The notes under the pieces: generated by a model
What the model saw: only the letters and a program-made list of their open reading frames with translations
What the model was told of the DNA's origin: nothing
Databases searched by the model: none
Position numbers and translations under genes: made by a program
Part shown: in pieces, positions 18,387-26,956 of the stretch
How the letters are laid out: each line of letters opens with the position of its first letter
Position numbering within the stretch: position 1 is the first letter of the stretch
Origin: an uncultured Chloroflexia bacterium
GTDB taxonomy: Bacteria > Chloroflexota > Limnocylindria > QHBO01
Direction of reading: 5' to 3'
Assembly (NCBI GenBank): GCA_963805645.1
Contig: CAWDVA010000008.1
Coordinates: forward strand, 41,748-105,747
Length of the DNA stretch: 64,000 nucleotides

Positions 18387-18848
18387 CTAGGTCCGGGGAA
18401 GATCCGTGGTCGGTCCCAGTTCGCCGCCCTCCATCATCCGCTTGAGATTCGCCAGGCCGCGCTCCCACCCGCGTTCGTACGGGCCCACGAAGAGAGGACC
18501 GATGAGCCGCATAAGCCCGCGGAGGCGGAAGGTCGAGTCAACGTCGACCCGCGTGCCTTCCCCGATCGGCTCCAAGGTGAGCGTGATGTCGAACGGCGCG
18601 CTGGGTGAGAGCCCGCGCATGCCGGCCAGCCGCGGCGGCTCGTAGGCCGTGACGACCGCGTCATTCTCGCTCGCGCGTCCCAGGAACATCACGCGGGCAC
18701 GGCGAACCGAGCCCATGCCATGCGGCGGCGGGGTGGTCCACCACTCCTCCACCTGGGCCGGGTACCAGCGCCCGGTGAGGGTGACGTCAGTCAGGACGGA
18801 GAAGACATCCTCGATGGGCCGCCGGATCTCGGCGGTGTGGCGCGTCAT
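18387..18848 (-). CDS. SRPBCC-family (polyketide cyclase/START-like) protein
   Basis: ORF 18387..19085 trimmed to MTRHTAEIRRPIEDVFSVLTDVTLTGRWYP. The upstream extension is Pro/Arg-rich junk. Confidence 0.75.
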   Translation of the reverse strand: MTRHTAEIRRPIEDVFSVLTDVTLTGRWYPAQVEEWWTTPPPHGMGSVRRARVMFLGRASENDAVVTAYEPPRLAGMRGLSPSAPFDITLTLEPIGEGTRVDVDSTFRLRGLMRLIGPLFVGPYERGWERGLANLKRMMEGGELGPTTDLPRT

Positions 18849-18906
18849 GAGCGCGCTGCACCGGCCGGCGATATGACACCGGGCCGGAGGTCGGCGGGGA
18901 TCATGG

Positions 18907-19314
18907 TTACCGGGACGGTGCGGCCGCCGACCGAGCCGGCGACCGGTCGAAGGCTGCGGCGCTCCACAGAATTGTGAACAGGAGCTGGACGGCCACAATG
19001 CCCAGCAGCCGCGCATCGCCCAGGCCGGATGCCATGGCGAGAACCGTGACAACGGTGCCGGCGGCCCAGGCCACGGCGTTGCCAATCACGATTCCCCGCC
19101 ACGCGCCGCCATCGGTCACCCCTCGGGCGAACCAGTTGAGCGCGGCATAGCCGATGTAGGAGGCGCAGGCAAGCCGGACGAGCGCCACGCCCGTCGGATC
19201 GAGGGTGAGGCCGACGACGCCGGCCATGGCGGCGGGGGCGATGAGGCCTGCGCCGCCGGAGAGGAGGGAGAAGATCGCGGCGATGGTGGCCAGCCGGTGG
19301 GGTGACATGCGCAC
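18907..19314 (-). CDS. small 4-TM membrane protein, unknown function
   Basis: 135 aa with four hydrophobic helices and coding-like composition. Promoter-like element copy 2 lies upstream. Confidence 0.55.
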   Translation of the reverse strand: MRMSPHRLATIAAIFSLLSGGAGLIAPAAMAGVVGLTLDPTGVALVRLACASYIGYAALNWFARGVTDGGAWRGIVIGNAVAWAAGTVVTVLAMASGLGDARLLGIVAVQLLFTILWSAAAFDRSPARSAAAPSR

Positions 19315-19369
19315 AGGCTCCTCGTGTGCTCGCGTTCAGCTCGGCTGCCGGGAGATCCGGCGGCAGGGA

Positions 19370-19402
19370 AGGGTCGCGGGCGAGCCGTTCGCGAAGCGTT
19401 AC
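19370..19402 (-). promoter_or_regulatory. promoter-like element copy 2: GTAACG-N5-CGAACG-N10-GACCCT, upstream of 18907-19314
   Basis: Read directly from the sequence. Overlaps the stop codon of family member A. Confidence 0.45.
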
Positions 19403-20595
19403 GAACCATCTTGTCGGATCGGTTCGTCACGGATGCGGAGCCAGACCCACGCCGTGGTGGGTCGCAGGGTGCCGGCCGCCGCGGCGAGCAGCTCGGCCTC
19501 GACGGCGTGGAGATCCAGGCGGTCCCGGAGCCGTGCCCCGAAGCCGTCGGCGACCAGCGCCAGGTCGTAGCGATTGCGGTCGAAGCGGCGGTCGACCCAG
19601 CGCTGGATCCGCGAGCGGGCCGGCCGGAGGAGCGTGGCGGCGGCGAGCGTTGTGGCCGCCACGGCATAGGTCCGGCCGCCCGTGACGCTGGCGAGCAGCT
19701 CGGAGAGGACGAGGATGCCGCCGACCTCGATGCCCAGCAGGAACGCCGAGAGCACGGCGTAGGTCAGCGTGCGCTTGATGACGAGGTCGATGTCATAGAG
19801 GCGGTAGCGGGTAATGGCGATCGCAAGGGAGATCGGCAGGGGGAGCATCCCCAGTGCCCAGGCGACATCGGCCAGCACGCCGCCCGGGATGACGTTCGAG
19901 ACGGTGATTCCGGCGAGCATTGCCACCATCCCGAACAGGATCCACTTCAGCTGCTGGCGCTCGGCGCCCCGCGACCGCCGGAAGCGCACCGCCAGGGCCA
20001 CGGCCCCGGCGCCGAACAGGATCACGTAAATGAAGAAGCCGGCCTGGACGACGTCGTAGAGGGGCTTGAGGGCGGGCACGAAGATCGGGTTCGCGCCGTC
20101 GATCCCGCCCTGGCCCGCGCCGCCGCCGGGATCACCGAGAGCGAAGATCACGATCACGACCAGCAGGGTGATCCCGACCGCGACGTAGACGCGGTTCCAC
20201 GCCGGGGTCAGGGGCCGGCCGGTCGGGACGACGAAGGCCAGCAGCACCGGGCAGGACAGCGCGAGGATCCATGTCCACGACAGGGCGGCACCAATCTGCG
20301 GGAAAGGGACGGCGAGGGTGTGGTCGAACCCGGCAATTGCGTATCGTTCCACCGCGAAGGATCCGACCATGGCCAGGCAGAGCAGGCCCAGGAGCCATCC
20401 CACGCTGTTGCCGCGCTCGCGCGCGGCGATCAGGCCGCCCGCGATCCCGTAGGACAGGAGCAGCGGGACCATGATCGGGTCGCTCGGGTTTCCCGCTCGG
20501 GGATCGACGGCCTCCAGCCATAGGCCGGCGGCGCCCAGCACGGCGGCGACCGCGAGCGGCATCCAGGGAAGAGCTCCCCGCAGCACCCGGCTCAT
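19399..20595 (-). CDS. sensor-like polytopic membrane protein, family member A (no output domain)
   Basis: C-terminal 398 aa of ORF 19399..21576, from MSRVLRGALPW. About 10 TM helices. Motifs: NSVGW, PTGRPLTPAWNR, RFRRSRGAERQQLKW, ITRYRLYDID, VDRRFDRNRYD...VWLR. ATGA overlap with member B at 20592-20595. Confidence 0.8.
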   Translation of the reverse strand: MSRVLRGALPWMPLAVAAVLGAAGLWLEAVDPRAGNPSDPIMVPLLLSYGIAGGLIAARERGNSVGWLLGLLCLAMVGSFAVERYAIAGFDHTLAVPFPQIGAALSWTWILALSCPVLLAFVVPTGRPLTPAWNRVYVAVGITLLVVIVIFALGDPGGGAGQGGIDGANPIFVPALKPLYDVVQAGFFIYVILFGAGAVALAVRFRRSRGAERQQLKWILFGMVAMLAGITVSNVIPGGVLADVAWALGMLPLPISLAIAITRYRLYDIDLVIKRTLTYAVLSAFLLGIEVGGILVLSELLASVTGGRTYAVAATTLAAATLLRPARSRIQRWVDRRFDRNRYDLALVADGFGARLRDRLDLHAVEAELLAAAAGTLRPTTAWVWLRIRDEPIRQDGS

Positions 20596-21773
20596 GCGTC
20601 GCGGATCCAGACACCGATGAACGCCGGATGCATGGCACGGTCCACCGATCCGCGCAGGTCGTCCACGACGGCGTCGAGCTCCACCTCGTCGCGCAGCCGC
20701 GTGGAGAACGCATCTGCGATCCGCTGCGCATCGTATCGGCTCCGATAGAACCGCCGGTCGACGGCGGCCTGGACGCGTCGCCGGATCGGCCCGAAGAGGG
20801 CCGCCACCAGCAGGGTGGAGCCAGCGACGGCGAGCTCGGTCGTCCGGACGATGCTCGCGAGGAGGGCCTGCAGGGCGAGGACCGAACCGACGTAGACCGC
20901 CGCAAGCACGATCGTCAGCGCCGCGTAGACCAGCGCCCGGTTGATGAGGTGGTCGATGTCGAAGAGCCGATGGCGCACGATCGCGATGCCGATCGCCACC
21001 GGAATGCCCAGCAGCGCGACCGCGAGGAGCGTGGCCCCCACGGTCTGGTCGTGGACCTCGCTCGCGAGGAGCAGGTAGAGGACGAAGGTGGCGGCCGCGA
21101 CGCTCGCCGCCAGGGCGAGCCACTTGAGCTGCTGACGCTCGAGGCCGCGTGCGCGGCGGAAGCGGACGATCACCGCGGCGCTGGCGAGGGCCAGGCCGGC
21201 AACCAGCAGCATGACGCCGACCACCGCCATCGCTGCCACGATCCCCGGGGTATCGGGCGGGACCAGTCCTTCGGGTCGAGGGAGCGTTGCCCGACGCCAG
21301 AAGCCCAGCGCGAGCCCCACGGTTCCACTCAGGACTCCCGCGGCGACGATCGTGGCCCATGGCCGCCAGCGCGGTGACGGGAGCCGGCCGGTCGGGAAGA
21401 CGAGAAGCGGGAACGCTCCCACCGCGGCCATGGTCGGAACCCAGATCCACGACTCGAGCCACGCGCCCACCCATGCCGCGGGCACGGCGCCCGGTGCCGC
21501 GAGCAATCCATAGACAGCGTAGTAGTGCCCGGCGAACTGGAGGGCGGAGAGCAGGGCCCCGGCGATCATCAACCATCCGATCGGGTTCTCCGGGCGACGC
21601 CGGGCGATGGGCAGCCCCGACAGCGTGAAGACCACGGCGGCCACGCCCTGGAAGCCGGGAAATCCCCAGTCCGCGGCGCGGAGCGGCAGCGGCCAGCTCG
21701 CGATCACGAGGACGATGCCTGCGAGCAGCGCCAGGGTCTCGAGGGACAGGCTCGAGATGAGGATGGCGCTCAT
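20592..21773 (-). CDS. sensor-like polytopic membrane protein, family member B
   Basis: 393 aa. Motifs: NPIGW, FPTGRLPSPRWRP, RFRRARGLERQQLKW, IVRHRLFDID, VDRRFYRSRYD...VWIR. ATGA overlaps at both ends. Confidence 0.85.
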   Translation of the reverse strand: MSAILISSLSLETLALLAGIVLVIASWPLPLRAADWGFPGFQGVAAVVFTLSGLPIARRRPENPIGWLMIAGALLSALQFAGHYYAVYGLLAAPGAVPAAWVGAWLESWIWVPTMAAVGAFPLLVFPTGRLPSPRWRPWATIVAAGVLSGTVGLALGFWRRATLPRPEGLVPPDTPGIVAAMAVVGVMLLVAGLALASAAVIVRFRRARGLERQQLKWLALAASVAAATFVLYLLLASEVHDQTVGATLLAVALLGIPVAIGIAIVRHRLFDIDHLINRALVYAALTIVLAAVYVGSVLALQALLASIVRTTELAVAGSTLLVAALFGPIRRRVQAAVDRRFYRSRYDAQRIADAFSTRLRDEVELDAVVDDLRGSVDRAMHPAFIGVWIRDA

Positions 21774-22969
21774 TGCCGGCCGCTCGCCCTGTGCCGCACC
21801 CAGACGCTCACCGTGGCCGGCAGGAGGGCGGCGCGCGCGGTGGCCGCCAGCTCGTCCACGACGTCGTCAAGGTCCAGCCGGTCCCGCAGTCGGGTGCCGA
21901 AGCCGTCGGCGATCCGCGCCGCGTCGTACCGGCTGCGGTCGAAGCGGCGGTCGACCCAGCCCTGGATTCGGCGCCGGGCCGGCTGGAAGAGCGCCGCAAC
22001 CCCCAGGGTCGTGGCCGCGACGGCGTAGGTCTGCTCCCGGGTGATGCTCGACAGCACCGTCTGGAGGAGAAGGACGCCCCCGATCTCCACGCCCACCAGC
22101 ACGATCGTCAGGACGCCGTAGCTGATCGTGCGCTTGATGACCAGGTCGATGTCCAGGAGCCGATGGCGCAGGATGGCGATGCCGATGGCGAACGGCGTCG
22201 CGGCGACGCACAGGAGCCCGCCGACCCAGGTGACGTCGCTGAGGAACCCGGTGGTCACGAAGTTCGAGAAGCCGATGCCCACGATGCCCAGCGTCGCGGG
22301 ATACGCGAACCAGCGGAGCTGCAGCCGCTCCAGCGGTGTCCCGTGGCGGTAGCGCACGACCACCGCGGCCGCGGTCAGAAGGAACAGGGCAAGGCCGCTC
22401 ACCGCATCGATGGTGCCCGTGATCTCGAGCAACGGGTGCGGCAGCCGAATGGCGAGCGGGTTGTCGACGGCGACGTTCTGCATTGGGCCGGGCGTGAAGG
22501 CGGAGCCGAGAGTGACCAAGGTGATGGCAATCCCGGCGAAGACGCCCACCGGCCGCCAGCGCGGCGAGGGGAGGCGGCCATTCGGGAAGAAGAGCGGAAC
22601 GATGATCACCAGCCCGATCAGGCTTGGGATCATCAGCCAGTTGTCGACCCAGGCGACCGGGACCGTCAATGGGAGCCCCAGATCGTATCGGTCCTGGCTG
22701 AGCGAGAGGTAGTCGAACGCTGCGCTCTGGGCCGCCAGTCCCACGGAGCAGCCCAGCAGGATCCAGCCCACCAGGTTTCGCGATTGGCGTTGGACGATGA
22801 GGCCACCCACCACGCTGATGCCGAGCACCGCCAGTGCGGTCACAAGCAGGAACAGCGCATCCCCGAGCACGAATGCCCGGCCGTTGACCAGGCCGAGGGT
22901 AACCGCGAGGGCGAGCAGCGCGACGTTCGCGGCGATCACGGCCCGTGAGAGGATCACCTCGCGCCTCAT
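21770..22969 (-). CDS. sensor-like polytopic membrane protein, family member C
   Basis: 399 aa. Motifs: [54 protein letters not shown]...VWVR. ATGA overlaps at both ends. Confidence 0.85.
   Translation of the reverse strand: MRREVILSRAVIAANVALLALAVTLGLVNGRAFVLGDALFLLVTALAVLGISVVGGLIVQRQSRNLVGWILLGCSVGLAAQSAAFDYLSLSQDRYDLGLPLTVPVAWVDNWLMIPSLIGLVIIVPLFFPNGRLPSPRWRPVGVFAGIAITLVTLGSAFTPGPMQNVAVDNPLAIRLPHPLLEITGTIDAVSGLALFLLTAAAVVVRYRHGTPLERLQLRWFAYPATLGIVGIGFSNFVTTGFLSDVTWVGGLLCVAATPFAIGIAILRHRLLDIDLVIKRTISYGVLTIVLVGVEIGGVLLLQTVLSSITREQTYAVAATTLGVAALFQPARRRIQGWVDRRFDRSRYDAARIADGFGTRLRDRLDLDDVVDELAATARAALLPATVSVWVRHRASGRQ
21845..22189 (-). repeat. about 345-bp high-identity segment shared with 23035-23379 (3' parts of members C and D)
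   Basis: The encoded 115 aa differ at about 10 positions. Identical nucleotide runs exceed 50 bp, for example CGACAGCACCGTCTGGAGGAGAAGGACGCCCCCGATCTCCACGCCCACCAGCA. Confidence 0.75.
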
Positions 22970-24198
22970 TGTCCTGCCCTCGCCTTGAGCCAGACCCGGG
23001 TGGACGTCGGGCGAAGGGCCGCCGCCGTCGTCGTGGCCAGCTCGCCCACGACCTCGTCGAGGTCAAGGCGGTCGCGTAGCCGGCTGCCGAACCCGTCGAC
23101 GATCCGCGCCGCGTCATAGTGGCTGCGGTCGAAGCGCCGGTCGACCCAGCCCTGGATCCGCCGCCGGGCAGGCTGGAAGAGCGCCGCCACGCCCAGGGTG
23201 GTCGCGGCCACGGCATAGGTCTGCTCCTGGGTGACGCTCGACAGCACCGTCTGGAGGAGAAGGACGCCCCCGATCTCCACGCCCACCAGCAGGACGGTGA
23301 GGACCCCGTAGCTGATGGTGCGCTTGATGACCAGGTCGATGTCGAGGAGCCGATGGCGCAGGATGGCGATGCCGGCCGCGACAGGGAGCAGGGGGGCGAC
23401 CAGGAGGGTCAACAGGACGGTCGGGGAGCCCGCCTGTCCGAGGTACAGGAACGGGCTCGAGGCGATGAGGCCGATCTCGATGGTGCCGGCGAAGGTGAAC
23501 CACTTGAGCTGCTGCCGCTCGAGCCCGCGGGAGCGGCGGAAACGGACGACGAGGCCAACCACGGAGGCGAGCGCTGTCACGCTGGCCAGGAGCAGCCCGG
23601 CCGTCTCCACCCCCACCGCGACGTGCAGAGCCGGAATGTCGGGCGGCCCGGCGCCGGCGTTGGCCGCGGCCAGGGCGGCGCCCCGCAGAGGCCAGGTCGC
23701 GACCGCCATGGGGACGACCATGAGCGCCAGCGCCAGCCAGGCGAGCCATGCCACCGGTCGCCATCGGGGCGTGGGCGGATGGCCGCTCGGGAAGAGCAGG
23801 ACCGAGAGGCTGAGGAGCAGGACGTAGCCGGGCATCCAGGCCCAGACGCCCACCCATGAGGCCTCCGCGGCCAACGGAAGCGGCGTGGTCCCCGGGCCGT
23901 ACGATGCAAAGCCGTAGGCCTGCGTGAGCTGCGCCAGCGCCTGCGAGATTCCGATGGCAAGGAAGATCCAGCCGATGGCGTTCGCCGGACGTCGCGAGGC
24001 GATCACCCAGCCCACGATCGGGAACGTGGCGCCCAGCGCATAGCCCCCCAGCGTGTTGCCGTCCAGCGGCGGGATCGGGGCGCGGCCCGCCATGGTGATC
24101 GGCAGCGCTATCGCCCCGGCCTCGATGAGGAGACCCAATCCCGCCAGGAGGTGTGCCAGGCGGCGGCTGTGAAGATGGTCGCTGGTCTGCTCGGTCAT
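22966..24198 (-). CDS. sensor-like polytopic membrane protein, family member D
   Basis: 410 aa. Motifs: [54 protein letters not shown]...VWLK. GGAG lies 7 nt upstream of the ATG. Confidence 0.85.
   Translation of the reverse strand: MTEQTSDHLHSRRLAHLLAGLGLLIEAGAIALPITMAGRAPIPPLDGNTLGGYALGATFPIVGWVIASRRPANAIGWIFLAIGISQALAQLTQAYGFASYGPGTTPLPLAAEASWVGVWAWMPGYVLLLSLSVLLFPSGHPPTPRWRPVAWLAWLALALMVVPMAVATWPLRGAALAAANAGAGPPDIPALHVAVGVETAGLLLASVTALASVVGLVVRFRRSRGLERQQLKWFTFAGTIEIGLIASSPFLYLGQAGSPTVLLTLLVAPLLPVAAGIAILRHRLLDIDLVIKRTISYGVLTVLLVGVEIGGVLLLQTVLSSVTQEQTYAVAATTLGVAALFQPARRRIQGWVDRRFDRSHYDAARIVDGFGSRLRDRLDLDEVVGELATTTAAALRPTSTRVWLKARAGQ
23035..23379 (-). repeat. about 345-bp high-identity segment shared with 21845-22189
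   Basis: See the partner entry. The N-terminal two-thirds of C and D are highly diverged. Confidence 0.75.
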
Positions 24199-24279
24199 TG
24201 GCTCCGGCGCGGACGCGGGAGGGCGGGAATGGGATGCGGGGACGTCATCGTCGCGGAACGTCGGCGGAAGGGTACGCGA

Positions 24280-24966
24280 TCACCGGTCGCCCCGGAAGGC
24301 CGCGCGCACGCGGCGGGCCGGTGCGGCAAGGGTGTACAGGGTGGTGCGGATGATGGCGTTGCGCCACACGTTGCGTGCCTCGCGCCATTGGAGCCGGGCG
24401 TCGACGCGGACCTTGTCGAGCTCCACCGGCGCGGAGACTGCGAGCCGCTCCGCGAGCGAGGCCAGCACGTGGCGCCAGATAGCCTCCTGGGCCCGGGAGC
24501 CCCCCATCAGCCGGAAGCCCAGCTCGTAGATCGGGTCGTTGGCGCGCGCAAGCGACTGGATCTGGGCGATCGTGTCGTCGCCGGAGCGATGGGCGGTGAA
24601 GGTCACCATGCCCGACTCCGGGTGCCCCTCCGGCGTCATCAGGGTGAATGCCTCGTCATCGGCGTAGAGGACCAGGACACCGGTGGAGATGGGCATGCCC
24701 GACACGCGCGCGTTGATGAGGACCACCTCGCCGGGCGCCACGCCTGCGACGGAGGGGAAGAAGCGGTTCTGTGCCGGCTGGAGCTCCGGCAGGTGGGCCT
24801 TGAAGGTCGCCACCACCTCGGCGGGCGTCGCTGCCGACCCAAGATTCACCCGATACGTCTTCTGCCACAGGCTGCCGAACCCCTGGATGGGGCCGGAGAG
24901 GCGTCGGCCGGCGACGTTCAGGCTCCGGGCGCCGCCGGGATGGCTGGCGACGTCGATGCGGGTCAC
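24280..24966 (-). CDS. conserved hypothetical protein (paralog of 15259-15999)
   Basis: 228 aa, with the same conserved blocks as 15259..15999. Lies 81 nt upstream of member D on the same strand. Confidence 0.7.
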   Translation of the reverse strand: MTRIDVASHPGGARSLNVAGRRLSGPIQGFGSLWQKTYRVNLGSAATPAEVVATFKAHLPELQPAQNRFFPSVAGVAPGEVVLINARVSGMPISTGVLVLYADDEAFTLMTPEGHPESGMVTFTAHRSGDDTIAQIQSLARANDPIYELGFRLMGGSRAQEAIWRHVLASLAERLAVSAPVELDKVRVDARLQWREARNVWRNAIIRTTLYTLAAPARRVRAAFRGDR

Positions 24967-25079
24967 GGGCGCAGCCCAGGCCGAGGCATCGGTTCGGATC
25001 GTGGATGATGGGGCCGACCTTTGTCGGCGGGCTTCTGCGCTGGTTCCATCAGCGGGGTCCTCTGCTGCGTTGCCTTCGC

Positions 25080-25111
25080 ATGATCCGCGTCGGGCGTTCG
25101 CGAATCGTTAC
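25080..25111 (-). promoter_or_regulatory. promoter-like element copy 3: GTAACG-N5-CGAACG-N9-GATCAT, upstream of 24280-24966 and members D-A
   Basis: Read directly from the sequence, in the 214-bp gap between 25181 and 24966. Confidence 0.5.
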
Positions 25112-25180
25112 CGGGAACGGCGGACCCGGCGGTGCCGTGTGGGCCCCGCCGGGTCGTGTCGGGAGGACGGGATGCGATCG

Positions 25181-25588
25181 CTACTCGCCGCCGCAGATCT
25201 GGGGGTAGAGGGCGCAGATGCTGGTGACTCCCCTGTCGGCCGGTCCGTTGACCTGCGCCTGTACGGGGATCTCGTGGCCGGTGGGGCCAACACCGTCCCA
25301 GGTGCTCACGTCGGGCGTAAGGTCACCGTCGAAATCGAGGCCGATGAGGCCGTGGAATCCCTCGCCCGTCTCCGGGTTGATCACGCCCTGCTTGATCCGC
25401 TGCATGACGCCTCTGGTCGCCCATTCGACCTCTCCCGTCTGGGTGTTGATCACCACCTGCACGCCGGATGACACCGGCTTGCTCGCGTTGGTGCAATCGG
25501 TCGCCAGCGCCGTGGTGACAAGGGCCAGGCTTGCGCCCAGGCCGAGGCCAATGCCGGCGAGGCGGCGCGCACGTCGCGGGATGTTCAC
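25181..25588 (-). CDS. small secreted protein, unknown function
   Basis: 135 aa with a GTG start preceded by AAGGAGGGA. Signal peptide RRARRLAGIGLGLGASLALVTTALA. The mature part has 3 Cys (TDCT..., SICALYPQIC). Confidence 0.65.
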   Translation of the reverse strand: MNIPRRARRLAGIGLGLGASLALVTTALATDCTNASKPVSSGVQVVINTQTGEVEWATRGVMQRIKQGVINPETGEGFHGLIGLDFDGDLTPDVSTWDGVGPTGHEIPVQAQVNGPADRGVTSICALYPQICGGE

Positions 25589-25643
25589 GATGCTCCCTCC
25601 TTACGGGTGCATTCCGATGCTTGGGCGCTCGGATCTCGCGGCC

Positions 25644-25675
25644 AGTCTCCGCGAGGCGCGTCCGCGGATCGTTAC
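25644..25675 (-). promoter_or_regulatory. promoter-like element copy 4: GTAACG-N5-CGGACG-N9-GAGACT, upstream of secreted-protein gene 25181-25588
   Basis: Read directly from the sequence, about 55 nt upstream of the GTG start. Confidence 0.5.
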
Positions 25676-25748
25676 GGGACCCTTGGCACTCCCGAATCGG
25701 CGAGAACGGGGTATCCGCCCGGCTCGTGGCCGCGCTGGCGAGCCGCCC

Positions 25749-26956
25749 TCAGCCGGGTTCGGGTCCCTGGCCGGTTCGCACCCAGACCGACACCGAGGTC
25801 GGCTGGAAGGCGGAGTCCGTGGTGTGACCAGCTCCCCGCGGACGCCGTCAAGGTCGACGTGGTCGCGGAGGCGAGCGGCGAGCTCCTCGCTCAGTCGCGC
25901 GGCGTCGTAGCGCGAGCGGTCGAAGCGGCGGTCGACCGCCGCCTGCACCCGCTCCGCAGCGGTCCGAAGAGGGCGGCAACGGCCAGCGTCGAGACGGCCA
26001 CCGCCACCTGCGAGCTCCCGGTGATCGGCCGGGCCAGGGCCTGGAGGCCAAGGACGAGCCGGCAAAGGTGGCGCCCAGGATGAGGGTGAGGATCGCGTAG
26101 GCCAGGGTGCGGCTGATGATCCGGTCGATGTCGTACAGCCGGTAGCGCAGGATGGCGATCCCGATGGCGATGGGAATGACGATAAAGACGAGGGATGCGG
26201 CCGCCTGCAGGGCTCCAGCCAGGCGGGTGTGGCATCGCCCTGCATCGATCCGGTGGCCAGGCTGGCGAGCTGGGTCAGCAGGTACACCGACGCCACGACG
26301 CCGGCGGCGGCGGTCACCCACTTGAGCTGCTGTCGCTCCGCGCCCTGGGAGCGTCGGAAGCGCACCACCAGGCCCGCGGCTGAGAGCACGATCACCACCG
26401 GATGAGCGTCAACGCCGCGAGCGCCGCGTTCAGCACGCCCGCGAGGGCCTCGACGCCCAGGGGCTTGGGTACTCCCGGGTACCCAAGCTCGGTGAGGTCC
26501 CCCGGCGTCAGGAGCAGGATGAGCACCGCGCCCAGGAGCGTCGCGCCCACCAGCCAGTCGACCCACCGCCATCGGGGCGTCGGCAGCCTTCCAGCAGGGA
26601 AGGAGGAGCAGGAACCGACCATGGTCACGACTGCGGCACCCACATCACGCCATGGAGCACGATGGCCAGCGCGCCGCCCGGGAGGTCGCGGGACAGCGCA
26701 GAGGACCCGTAGGCTCCCAGGGGCTCCGCGGTCAGCAGCCCAATGGTCATCAGGATCCAGCCGATGGGGTTGCGAGGCCGTCGGATGACTAGGAGCCCGC
26801 CCACGCTGGCGTACGAAGCCACCCACAGCAACCCGTAGCCGCTGGGGAGGGCAATCGGTATCGCAGCTAGCGTGCCAACCACGACTGCGACGCTGGCGGC
26901 CACGCCAAGCCGGCCGCTCCGCAGTCGGCGCCCGCCGCTGCCTGTCCGCCGCTCAC
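25749..26956 (-). pseudogene. decayed copy (E) of the sensor-like membrane protein family, >=6 frameshifts
   Basis: Family motifs are scattered over all three minus-strand reading frames (track ORFs 26625.., 26392.., 25601.., 25848.., 25891..). They include [77 protein letters not shown], and the tail TDSAFQPTSVSVWVR (my translation). A GTGA overlap with copy F is preserved. Confidence 0.75.

Noticed and set aside
20596-21576. Long N-terminal extension of ORF 19399..21576 (725 aa)
   Set aside because: The extension overlaps family member B in another frame and is Arg/Pro/Gly-rich. The real gene A starts at the ATG that overlaps the stop of B (20595), matching the ATGA pattern at the other junctions.
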